DNA of 64,000 bases from Macrostomum lignano (Eukaryota), in assembly GCA_002269645.1 (NCBI GenBank), contig NIVC01001115.1, positions 63,403-127,402 of the forward strand, in the 5' to 3' direction. The first letter of the stretch is position 1. Every line of letters starts with the position of its first letter. The notes under the pieces were generated by a model that saw nothing but the letters and a program-made list of their open reading frames with translations, was not told the origin of the DNA and ran no database searches. The translations under genes were made by a program, and so were the position numbers. Below, piece by piece: positions 51,000 through 63,344 of this stretch.

Positions 51000-53900
51000 T
51001 TAGTCTTCAGTGAGAACTTCTGGAAACACAACGTTTCTGGTCCTTGTTCCCGGAATCCGGACGCGAACATTTGCCGCGTTCTTTGCTCGTGACAGCGCCG
51101 TGTACAGCTGGCCATGCGTGAAGCAACCGACTGACAGGTCAATGCCAACTGTGTCCAGAGACTGTCCCTGCGACTTGTGAATCGTCAGGCAGAAACTCGG
51201 CTTCACAGGGAACTGCAGCCGCTTAAAACTGACGGGGAGGTCCGCATTGCTAGGAATCAGCGGAATTCGCGGCAGAAGAATCTCGTCTCCCGTGAACTGG
51301 CCGGCGGCAATCTTGCATCTAAGCACGTTCTCGCCCATCGCGAGTATGATCAGCCGCGTACCATTGCACAATCGTGGCGGGTTGATGTTCTGAGAAGAAC
51401 TACTGGCATACCCACTTTTAGCCTCAGCAAGTGAATCGGAAAGTTCGGGGCATCCAGCTGGTTGAGCAACTCAGGCGGGAAGTGCGTAGCGGCATCCTCA
51501 TCGGCCACACTGTCTATTGAGCGGTACTCCCGCAGGCTGCCGGGGAACATGCCCAGGCACGTCTCGTTGATGGCATCCACTGAGTCATTGTACGGCGCCA
51601 GGATCGCTCGGCTTGCAAAGTAGCCGTCCCTCTCCACTGACGCCTCAAACGATGGGTACACAAAATTTATCAGATCATTGAGCGGCGCCTCCGCAGAAAT
51701 GATGATCTCAGCAGGAAGAGACACTTTCTCCTCTGCATCCTGCTCAATTGTTCCGGATCCGATCTGGGGGAGTTAAAAGTCAAATATTTAAAACGCTAGA
51801 CAGACTTTAAGCTAGGCATTCTTGAATAAGCCACAATTTTTAAAATGGAGCTCTCAACACGAAAGAAACCGAATATCCTTAAATCTTCCAATATAAACTG
51901 ATGAAAACAAACTTACCTGCTTGAGTAGCTCGGTGTATCTCAAATACGTTGCAGAATCGGAACTGCTCAGCAATCGGATGTTTCTTGTAAGGCGATGCCG
52001 CCGGAAAAATTTCCACAGTGGGGATCTGCTGACACACGCCATGACGCTGTTGGCTCGAGTCCCATGCACCACAACGGGCAGCAGCTGGCGAAAGTCCCCA
52101 GCGCAAACGAAAACCACTCCGCCGAATGGCACGTCCTGCTTCCGCACGTCTCGCAAGCACCGGTCGACGGCCTCCAAATCCTTCCGGTTTGTCATAGAAA
52201 TCTCGTCCCAGACAATTAGACGCACTGTCCGAAATACAGCGGCCTGTTTGGACTGCGCTCCAACAGCGCACACGTCTTTGCTCGAACGGATCGCCCGAAT
52301 TGGTATCTTGAACCTGGCATAGACAAATAGTTTCACCATGCCGAACATATTTACAGCACACGAAATATTTACAACTGCTTTTTGAAATATTGACAATAAA
52401 TTACTCACGTTGAATGCGCCGTCTGTCCACCTGGCAAAAGAGTCGCTGCGATTCCAGAAGCCGCAACGGCGAGGGCGACTTCACCCCGGCTGCGCACGAA
52501 GGCTAGCAGAACCTCTAGCAGGAAGGTCTTGCCAGTGCCAGCAGGTGCGTCCAGGAAGTGCAAGCCGCTGGTGCCGTCCACAAGATTCTGAGTCACGGAC
52601 TCGTACACCGCTTTCTGCTCATCTGTCAGCATTGGTAAGCGCGCCTCAGTAATCAGTGCTTGCTCAACCGTATCAAACTGCATTGGTCCATCTTGAGGTG
52701 TCACGGAGGCCGCAGGCAGGCCGTACTCTGGCAGGCTTCTCCCGCCCATGGAGATCAGCATGCTCTGAAGCTCACGCAGCGCCAGGTCAGTAATCTCCTC
52801 GGTGCTCAAGTCTCGGTGGTGAAACCGCAGGTCCTCGCTGAGATCCTCGGCAAAACTGCACCAGAGGTCGCTGCCATCCTCAGGCTCACCCCATATGAGA
52901 ATTACGGCCAGAAGATGTCTCAGGGCTCTTGGCATTCTTGACTGAACGGCCTCAGCTAGACACCGCCGCCAGTGATCATCTCGCTGCAGCAGGCCAAGGG
53001 CCATGCAAGCAGCCTTGGCGCTCGGATGCACAACGCCGTCCACGGTCTGCAGCGCCTCGAAGCTAGTCGGTCCCCTAACATTCAAAAGGAGCATTCGAAC
53101 ATAAAATAAATCACCTGCTCTTGGACTCACCGTGTACATGCGTGCAACGTTTTTGTTCCGCACTACACCCGGATGGCCATCGACTCGCACACCCTGCTTG
53201 GCCCGCCGCCACTCTCTTTCGCTGGAGTGCCACACAAAGTAGGACGGCACCTCCGTGTAGAGCAAGGACCCAGCAAATTCGTCAATACGGCACAGCTTGA
53301 AAAATGCCGTCAACGTCGAATCCTTCGGCGTTCTCGCTTTTGCTCTTGCGGTCCCCTCGTTGAAATACACGAGCTGCTCTTCCGACTTGTGAACGCAGAG
53401 TCGGATGACCGCCGGAAACCTGTTGTGCACCTGATCAGAAAGTGGAAAGGAAAATATACAGCCTTTAAGTTTCGATGGAAATTCAATTTATACTATGACG
53501 AGGTTTCACAGCTCTGGTTAAAATGAGCCAATAATAATTAGAATGCGAATTACTTCAAAGCCCAAGATGGTATTCACGGCTTCCATTGGACCAATGTAGC
53601 GCGCGGACAGGTACTCCTTAATCTCATCACGCGGCTCATTTCGTGTCGTTTGCGTCGGCTGCTGGTTACCCACTGCCTGCTCTCTCGGTTCAGTAGAATT
53701 CCTATTGGCATCGACTTTGAACGTCGCCATGTCGCCACCCTTTAACAGGTACTTGATCACGTACTTGACCGACTTCACAGTGGCGCAAACTTCGACGTTC
53801 AAGTGGCACGCAAACTGGAGCAACAGGTCAGGGCTGTACGGAACGACCCACCTGTTTTAATGAAAAAATAATATCATTAACTTTCAGAAACAAAAGCTGC

Positions 53901-56900
53901 AATGCACAACTAAGCAATATATTAGCGTTTGAACTTCCCTGTTGTCCATGCGAATGCTCCGGCCTTTGAACAGTTTGTCCACTGTAAATCCGCCCATCTC
54001 AGGCGATAGTCTGCGGTACAGTGGGTAGCCAGTATCGCTGGTCAGCGTCACCTGCTGGAACTCTTTCGGAAAGCCCTTGCTGCATTCGCCATTCTCCATG
54101 CAAGGACACGCCGGATTCTCCTTGCCGCAGGGGCCATGGATCATGTGCGTCTTCACCAGCTCATACAGCACAGGCTGCTGCTCTGGGTCCGGAATCTCGG
54201 CAGACACGATGTCATCGTATCGGTCCGGAGTCACTCGCTGACCGCTCACGAGCCACAGCAGAAAGTGCACATGGGAAGACCTGGAGCGTCAAAAAAGTAT
54301 TAAAAAATATCACAAAACCTTTGTAAATCTAAATTTTAATAAATCTTAAAACTTTGATTCTTGCAAGTCAGAATTTTTACTCACCACGCTTCTGGTACTC
54401 CAGTGAGCAAACGTGAGCGGCCTCTTTCCCATAGCGCTTGGTCAACTGGGCCAGAAGAGCTTTCCTCTTCATTTCAAAGACTCGGCTAACAATGTCCGGC
54501 CGGTCTTCTGCCCGCTGTCCAGGCAGCAGCTGAGCGCTGATCTCCGGCCATTTCGGATTGCACGTTGCGGTGACAAACAGGTCCGGCTTACCGAACTTGT
54601 GAACATAGGTCATAGCGTCCTGTAGCCTCTCCATCAGGTACCTTGGCCCGCCAACGAAGCTCGAAGACAGAAGCACATGCGCGGGCTTGCCTATGTCACT
54701 CGGATCTCTGTCGGTAGACCTGCCATCAGCTGCAAACAGAGCGTCCCGCAGACCGCTGTATGTCTCGCTGCGCAGGTCCTGCTGATGGGTCCGCAAATAC
54801 AGCAGCCTCTCTGCCTCAATCTTGGCACACATGTCCACCAAGTACTGCTGAAATAATCTTCGGCCATAGTGCAGCACACTGAACTGGCCCGCTCGCACCA
54901 TGATTTCGCTCGCATAGTATTTCATGGGCGTCAATTTCTTGCCATTACTCATCAGCAACTCCGGGTGCCAGCCATCTTCGCCATTCGGGAACAGCAGCAC
55001 ATACTCCAGCGGGTCATATGAGCGGTGCGTCTCGCTGATTCTCTGGGAACCGCCACCACGCAGTTGAATCACGACGTCCCGACTGGCCGGTGTGTTCTCA
55101 TTGTCCTCCACAATCAGGATACCGACCTCGTTCGCCGTAGGCAAGTTGTAGCGCCTGATTTTGAACGGAGTTTGTGGGATACAGAGTCTGTACAAATTGG
55201 ATAATTGGATAATTTATTACGCAAAATATCTTATTAGAATGTCTTGCAGACATACCGAATGTGTTCCCCAGATGGTCGACGGTCAGGGTGAATTACGATT
55301 CGCGCATCTCCCAACTCCGGATCTTGACTGATTCGATGAGCGACTGCCCTCAGGCTGCGGACATAGCCGTTGCACTCGTGAAGCAGCGTCTGCAAAGCTC
55401 CAGTAGCTCCGGCTTCACCTTCTGGCTGAGACTCTGGCGGCTTTCAAGTTCGCGATCATTGAAATACACCTGCCAGCCATGGGGCTCAGCTGAATCCTCT
55501 GCAAACAGCGGCGCCGTGTTGTGATGCAACTGGCCGCTGATGATGAAGCTGGGACACCAGCCTGGCACCAACCGCAGTTTGGCACCCAGCGATGTCAGGT
55601 GCAGCGCCGAGTTGTAACTCCGAATGTTGGTCAGGAACTCGGCACTCATTCTGTGCCGCCCCAGGTACAGATCTGCCAGCACTTGAGGACGGTGCGGCTG
55701 GGCGGTGCTGGGCAGCTGCCTTTGGCGCAGCAGAAATTCCTCGTCTCAGAGCACCAAAGTAATGCACCGCATTGGTCGCATGCTCTGTCCATTGGGCCAC
55801 AGTTATGGGCTGGCGCTTCAGGCCTGATAATCCGTTCTGGCCTGTGATTGAAGGATTAGGATTAGGAAGGATTAATGGCAAACAGTTTTCCCAGTTAATC
55901 TTTCAGCTTACAAAAAAATTTATTGGAATAAAACAACTTGAGTTCGATGACAAATAAATTATGATGACCAGTCACACCAATGACCTACCTCTCTTGAGCA
56001 GGTCTTGCGCCACAATGACCTGCACTCTGCTGAGTTAGTCTTGGCTCCTCTGCATCTACAATGGGCTCAGAAACTGGAATCGGATTAGCAAATCGCAATG
56101 ACTCATAATGCTCATGACGCAAAAGAATTCGGACGATTGCAATCGGTGGCTGCAAAGGGGACATACAGTACTGCAGTACAGTGCCGTTTTCTTGATAAAT
56201 CACCAGATCAACATTAAAACAACGGCTTAAAAGCGGAACAACTTCATCAGGCACATATGTGCCTTCAGAAAAAGAGGAATCAACAATGAAATCAGCATTT
56301 TCTGGCAAAACAAAGCCTTGTTCAATCAATTCTGGCATAATCTGCACTACACGGCTCGTCAGCTCGTGTCTTAAAGATGCCGCATCGGTCTCAAGTGGAG
56401 TGCCCTGCAACTGATCACAGACTGCATAAAAAAAACAGTTCCCATCACCAGGAATGCGAATTATGCGCAACGCATCAAAAGGTACCACAGACGGTGTGGC
56501 CAACTCATTACTATCAAACCTGGAATATAGGAAAAAAATTATACACAACTTCATTTGCCGGTAATTAAAGTAGTGACGAATAAATTTTATGCTATTCTAT
56601 ACTGATCTCTTAAATAAAACTCTTGGAAAGCAATCGACTTGAAAAGATGAGGAAAAATGCACGAAACAGATTCCAGTTTTTAATTATATGCCCAAGTACC
56701 AATAAAACATCAGCTAAGATAGAAAATACCCCGAATTAGGCACAATGGGCACTTGGATTTTATATAGCTATAAAATATATAGCTCCAATTAAAATTTCAC
56801 CCTACCTGCCAGCCGACACTCCTCGACGGCGAATTTGCTCGGCTTCCACTCGAGCTCTTCGTTGCTCTTCGGTTTCTGAAGCGCGTCGCTTCTCCGCACG

Positions 56901-57353
56901 AGTTCTGTCTCCAGATCTACGCTCTTCTCTCTGAGCGTCGGTTTCCGTTGCCCTTCGCTCAGCATTTTCCTGCCGGAGTCTCGTCAGGCGCTCTTCTCGC
57001 TGAGCGTCGGTTTCAGTTGCCCTTCGCTCAGCCTCCTGCTGCCGGTGTCCAGCCAGCCGCTCTTCTCGCTGCGCGTCAGTCTCCATGGCCGTTCGCTCAT
57101 TCTTCTGCTGCCGCAGTCCAGCCAGCCGCTCCTCTCGCTGAGCGTCGGTTTCAGTTGCCCTTCGCTCAGCCTCCTGCTGCCGGTGTCCAGCCAGCCGCTC
57201 TTCTCGCTGCGCGTCAGTCTCCATGGCCGTTCGCTCATTCTTCTGCTGCCGCAGTCCAGCCAGCCGCTCCTCTCGCTCAACGGCACTCTCTTGCTGACGC
57301 TTCTTCTTGGCATCTCTGCTCTTCTTCAATGCGCTGGTGCCACGTCGAGCCAT
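51000..57353 (-). CDS. Helitron RepHel: STPR-like 23-aa repeats, OTU protease, Zn-finger, HUH Rep, Pif1 helicase. Exons 57353-56806, 56519-55989, 55823-55256, 55154-54385, 54280-53939, 53851-53554, 53430-52409, 52313-51917, 51763-51000; ~1747 aa after repairing 4 frameshifts
   Basis: ETDAQREERL repeats; IPGDGNCFF..HYESL; PDLFVTATCNPKW; GLPHVH; KYVIKY; DAPAGTGKT; WDEISM; GDFRQLLPV; TIHKSQGQS; GQLYTALSR. Exon phases are mutually consistent. Confidence 0.92.
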
Positions 57354-58771
57354 ATTGGAATTCAAATTGAAAGATAAGAATTTTGAGTTATAATGAAAAG
57401 AAAGGATAGTAGGGGTTGTGTGCGAGAAAAGAGAAAGGTATGAAGGCTATAATGGCACGCGTTTTAAACTCAGCAACCACCCAATCCCAAAAAGCTGGAC
57501 ACCATTTGTACACTGTTAGACTGTCAGTGTGTACAGCAAGCCTAAATTCTCTCCAATACCCGCCTGCTAATTGGTCAGGACTCTTTTTTATTATTCAATA
57601 CTCTCTCTCAAACACCTAACTCTAACTCTCCTATGTGAAAGGATTCAGATAAATTTTCTGAAGGAGGCGCAAGCCTCAGTAGCCAATGTACATCTATCTC
57701 TGTGGCACTTTTGGACTTTTTTATAATCAGACGGTTTTATTTCATTTTGGAGGGTCAGTCTCAACATGGTTTGTATATTGTGAATCAATTAGATACTGTA
57801 TATATGTGCATGTATTTCACTCTCTCAATCTCCCTCTCTCCAGCATTTAAAGTTGGTATGTCAATTTTGCACGGGAACATTTTTTAATGTACAATCTTTT
57901 CTCGCAGTCTACATTTATAGTTCTCTAGCCTGGCGACAAAAAATACTACTTTACTGGGCGCTGCAAAGTTCAATTCCAATAAGAATGGCTCACAGTAGGA
58001 AGTTCTGCTTGACCCTTGCAGAAAGGCATGTGTGTTATTCGAATATTCGCGCTTCTTCTATGCTTTACAGGAACTTTTCATGCTTAAAATGACACTTCTT
58101 TTACGATTTTTATGACACTTGTGGTTTTGAATTAGTAAGCCTCGACGCTAGCATTTTTTAGGTTTTTCTTGACGCTTCTTTTATGTTTAAGCAAAATTAC
58201 ACTATATGATGAGCACGAAGCAGTTATGAACTTATGACATATTCAATTTTTCAATCGGTCAGTATGGTTACGCAGTCTAAATCAAGTCTCGTAATATGCT
58301 TCTACACAGTGTTTTCAACACTGTGACGCAATTCAAGGCGGAGGTACAATTCAGCTGTTATGCAATCTTTATCACAATCAGAATTCAGTCAGTCAGTTTT
58401 TTCTCTAGCATTCTTACAATGCATTTCAGGTCGAAAGAGCTGCTTGACCTTTGCAAAAAAGCATGTTTTTCGAATATTTAATCCCTTTAACATTGAGCAA
58501 TTTCTTAGCCAAGATGCATGTACCGTCCCAGGAAAATTTCTGATCGAATGGTGCAAGTTTGAAGAAAATCGGTTGAGCCAATTTTTCTGAAATCTATCGC
58601 ATACCCACATACCCACATACAGACAACTCATTTTTAGTATATAGGATTTTGTGTACCAGCGCACCATCAATACGCATCGAATGCAGAAAACCCCACGAAA
58701 TTCCGACTATGTAGAGTCAAGTTAAGCAAAGGTTCCTATAGGTACATAGTTTTGATTTTTAGTATATTGGA

Positions 58772-61214
58772 CTAGCAATCTAGCGCCCCCCTTCGGGGTG
58801 GCCAATAAGCAAGGGACGAATCCTTTAAAATGAAAAGAATTCTTAGGGAGGGGGCTAGGAATCGAATTCTCATTTTAATTCCGGCCCAGGGCTTATGTAC
58901 CAATAAAACATGCTTGTGTAGAATTTAAAAAACTGACAATTCAACCTACTTGCCTTCTTTCAGAGCAATAGCGTACTACTTCTGTTGCGGTGCAAGCAGT
59001 ACGCTCTGCAACGGCTGGAAAAGCAACTACAGCTAAAAAATTTTGTTTCCCAAAGGCCAAAGGCAACAGTTGCCTATCATGCAGGGAGTCACTGGCGTTG
59101 CACCAATTTTAATGATGTCTGCTCTTAACTGTTTTAACGGTTACATACAAACATTGTGTCGACAATGTTATTGTATTTGGAGCCAGTGTGGTTATTTGAT
59201 AGTGGATATTGCCTAGTACAATGACGTATAATTAATTGGTTTGACTTGCTAAAAGTATTGTTTCCGTAATTTAGATTTTGTAATTTTGTACTTTTAAAAT
59301 TGCGACTCAAATACCAATATTTTCCCACAGCCTAATTTCATTTTAGCTACAGTTCTTTTTTGCAGTTTGCATGTGCTCCTAACCCTTTTAATCTTTATTC
59401 TCTCATACGGTAATTAAAACGAAATTTTATTTTAAGTCACTCGCCACTCAACTCTAGTAAGTTATTTTACGACTTTGGTTTGACCCATTTTGCAAATCAT
59501 GCATACAACTTTGAAATACATAGATTCACAGCTCTGGTTAACTGATGCAATATATCTGTGCGACTCCTACACTAAATTCTTCATCGACATATTCAACTCC
59601 ACTTGATTAATTCCTTAACTGCGAAACAAGTGTGTGATTAATGTATAGATTTTTAACGTAAGAAAAACGAACCTGTGCTTGGGCCGCTTTCACTCTCATT
59701 ACCCCAGATAATAGGGAATAGGGGGCATAAGCCAGTGTACTTAGCATGTACTGCGCTTTGGAAAAAATTCGACATCGTTGGCGCCCCAGTAAAGAGGCTT
59801 GTTAAAAAATTCTCAACCAAACTTTTCTAGCTGCCTGACAAGACTGTACTATCATATACGCCTACCCATTCCCCCAGGAGGGACACACCAGTGTACTTAG
59901 CAACGTACAGTGTCGGAATAACTTCTTCATTTGCGCCCCAGCCGGTGGAGAGGGGCGCAGTCAGTCATTAGCGGAAACAAGTACAACAAAGTATATACTA
60001 CGCTCATAACTACATATACTTAAAGTACATGTAAAACACTGCAACCTGCAGCTACCATATTGATCACACACCCAGACCTGTACATTTGAAGCAATCTAAC
60101 TAACAAAAAATCAGAATGGCTGACAATAAATATTTTAGTATATAAAATTTTCATTCTTCTTGACAGTCACAAATTAGAGAGCAGTCTCCCATTAATTAGT
60201 ACTCAATAAACCTTTCCTCTGCGTATTCAGACGAAAACAAGAAAAACTCTGCACTGTAATGTTAATAGCAAATTTAAAAACGCAATCAAATGCAAGTAGT
60301 CATTTTATTTACTCCGTATATTTACAATTGCAAAGTCATAAAAGGATAAGAACTAAGATGTTTTTGCAGAAGGCTTCGCCAACAAGATGGTACCATAGCA
60401 CAAATTCTGTTACGAATTTTTCATTGGGGTCAATCTTTCCACTTGTTGGCTTGCTTTAGTCTGCACAGCTGGACAGAGACATTCACTTGGGGCATGTAAA
60501 TTTCAGGCATTACTAATGAGCATGTAAGAATAGTTTGCAACCCTCCTCTTTTTGCAACCAGGCTTAGGACTGGCTTCGGCAGAGTTAAAGCCATCACAAC
60601 AGACTATCTGGGGTTTGCAAAGGCTGCTTCAAACCCCCTCTGGCTGCATTTGCATGCACGAGGGCCATTCCAAAAGTTCATGCAATCAGAAAATTTCTCC
60701 CACCACAAAAAGCTGCCAATTTGAGCTTCTCTCACCGCACTATTAGACTCTCTGGCCGAACCCCTCAGCAGAATATGGACAGGATTCTTACTGAACTATC
60801 AAGACTGTCTCTGGCTCAACCCCTCAATCAGAAAATGAATCAGAATTTAATTTAAATCAAGTCTAGTGCTACGCTTCCACACTGCATTTTCAATTCAAGT
60901 CGGAGTTACAATTCAGTTATGATGCAATCTATTTTAGAATCAGAATTCAACCAGTCAGTTTGTTCTCTAGCATTCTTACAATGCATTTCAAGTCGAAAAG
61001 TTTGCTTGACCTTTGCAAAAAAGCATGTTTTTCAAATATTTAATGCCTTTAGCATCGAGCAATTTCTTAGCCACGATGCATGTACCGTCACGGGAAAATT
61101 TCTGATCGAACAGTGCAAGTTCGAACAAAATCGGTCCAGCCATTTTTTCTCTAATCGATCACATAGACACAGACAGACCATTTTTAGTATATTGGAAGAT
61201 TTAGTATATTTAGA
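58772..61214 (-). mobile_element. Non-autonomous Helitron (element 4, ~2.4 kb)
   Basis: 5' arm at 60860-61214 with a doubled TC..TATACTAAA start. 3' hairpin CCCCGAAGGGG..ATTGCTAG at 58772 abuts a further TC start (58771). Confidence 0.65.
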
Positions 61215-62061
61215 TGTTGCAGTGCAAAATACTTCAGTAGAAATAGCAGGTTAAAATCACAATTTGCAGTACATTTTGATTAAATAGTCAAGCCCACACC
61301 CCAATCACCAGCAGTCAACCCACACCACTAAACAGCCAATCAGAATGCAGATACCCCTCCCTACCCTGTCTGCAATCTCTTCGTTTCCAGACTAAATCCG
61401 CTGGGGTGGGTGGGCTCTGAATATTGTGGTGTGATCTCACGACGCTAATTGAACTACCACGGCAAACCCCTCTCAACGTTGTCTGCGACTTATCATTTTT
61501 CACACTCATGAAGAGCAGCATAAACTTTATTAGTCATTTATCCAGTTCATCTGAACTTGTTTGTGTTTACTCCATTTTCTCACCCTCTCTATCTAATTCA
61601 GTCTTCTTATTCTTTTCTCTGTTTGTAGCCGCCGTCTCATTAGCTCTATAATCTCGCGCCTATCTCCAACACCCCTCCTAATTCTTACTTGCAATCAACC
61701 CTAACCCCGGAGTTTACACCTGAGTCATTGCAATGACTAAGAAAGTAGCAACAATTAAAAAGTGCAGGGTATTCTGTGTTGTTTACCGCTTCAAACTGGT
61801 TTTGATTCAACCTCCCCAGGCCCAGCTTGGCTTTAGTCACCCAACCAACACTGTGCTCTCACCCCTTCTCTCTGTCCAGTGTGAGCTTCACCCTAAGCCG
61901 TGCATAGCTTAGCCCCAACCCGTCCAGCCACTGCCGTCACTCTTGCTTAGCTTCATTTGTCAATCTCAGCCCTGAGTGGCTAATCCCCACACGACACGGC
62001 CAATCGGGTTGGGCCAGCACCAACCCACCCCAGAAAGTTTTGCTATATATATATACTGTAG

Positions 62062-62670
62062 ATTCTTACTCGACGCCAACTTAAGATATCCAAACAAATT
62101 AATCAGAAATCAAACTTAATCATGAAAATAACAATCGTAGAAAAGTCAAACAGCCGGCAGCGCCGCCCACGCCATCCCCGAACACGTAAGTATTGCATAC
62201 ATTGCTGGTTACTACTTTATCATTTAATCACCCCCCCCCCTAGACCTTGCTTTCTCTCTTCTTGACTCTGAGAAGCAAACAAACCAATCAATCGCCAACC
62301 AATCAAGAATATAAATAGCATTCTTGAGAACCAAAATCTCATTTTTATACAGGGTTTCTTGCTATCATTCAGTCTGTGAATTTTAATACATTCTCGGTTA
62401 CTACCCAATACTACATTATCATTTAAACCCTGAATTTGCTTTCTTTCATCTTATTCTGAGAAGCAAACAAAAAGCGAATGCACATTATTCTTATATACGA
62501 ACCAAAATCTCATTTAATTCCGGCCCCGGGCTTACGTAGTAATCAAACATGCTGTTTATTTTAAAATTAACAATTTAACCATCCTTACTTCCTTTCATAG
62601 CTGCGGCCTGTTACTTCTGCGGAGACACAAACCACAAGGTAGCCAAATGCGACGCTCTCCACACCCAAAT

Positions 62671-62715
<45 letters not shown>

Positions 62716-62785
62716 GCAACAGCAGGAGCAGGAGCAGCAGCAACAGCAGCAGAAGCAGCAACAGCAGCAGAAGCAGAAGAAATAA
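62062..62785 (+). CDS. Putative exons (62062-62185, 62601-62785) encoding a CCHC zinc knuckle followed by poly-Gln
   Basis: Donor AC|GTAAGT and acceptor CCTTTCATAG| join in phase 1 to give CYFCGDTNHKVAKC then ~35 Q/E/K residues and a stop. The 5' end is unresolved (possible ATG at 62122). Confidence 0.5.
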
Positions 62786-62806
62786 GCAGCAGCAGCAGCA
62801 GCAGAA
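62670..62806 (+). repeat. Imperfect (CAG/CAA)n trinucleotide tract
   Basis: Directly visible. Confidence 0.95.
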
Positions 62807-62899
62807 TAACTTATAACTTATGCAACTTATGCAAATATATTTTGAAATTTGAAATTTGCTGAACAGAGTGTGCTTTCTGACCTTTCTCCTTTGAATTAG

Positions 62900-63290
62900 T
62901 GTAGAGCAGACATAATCAATTTCTCTATTATTATTAAAGTTAACAATATGGTTACGCAATATAAATTGAGTACTGTGCTATGCTTTCACACTCAACGCTG
63001 TGACGCAATTCAATTGAGTGTCTTGTGTATTGTGATGCAATCTATTTTAGAATCAGAATTCAACCAGTCAGTTTTTCTGCTAGCATTCTTACAATGCATT
63101 TCGATGCTTGACCTTTGCAAAAAAGCATGTTTTTCGAATATTTAATCCCTTTAGCATCGAGCAATTTCTTAGCCACGATGCATGTACCGTCACGGAAAAA
63201 TTTCTGATCGATTGGTGCAAGTTCGAAGAAAATCGGTTGAGCCGTTTTTGCTAAAATCGATCACACACACACACACACATACCGACAGAC
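62900..63290 (-). mobile_element. Helitron 5'-arm fragment
   Basis: Closely matches 40090-40525; the terminus is missing. Confidence 0.75.
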
Positions 63291-63344
63291 CACTGTAGCC
63301 CAGTGTAGTGTAGCACAGCCATTGGCGGAAACTAATAGAACAAA

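Larger units (their letters stand above)
48795..58646 (-). mobile_element. Full-length, autonomous-type Helitron (element 1, 9.85 kb)
   Basis: 5' A|TCCTATATACTAAAA at 58646. 3' hairpin GCCCCCAAGGGGGGC then GAAGATTGCTAG ending at 48795. Encodes RepHel. Confidence 0.9.

Noticed and set aside
62585-62959. Poly-Leu minus-strand ORF
   Set aside because: Antisense reading of the CAG/CAA tract; the plus-strand zinc-knuckle reading is better supported.
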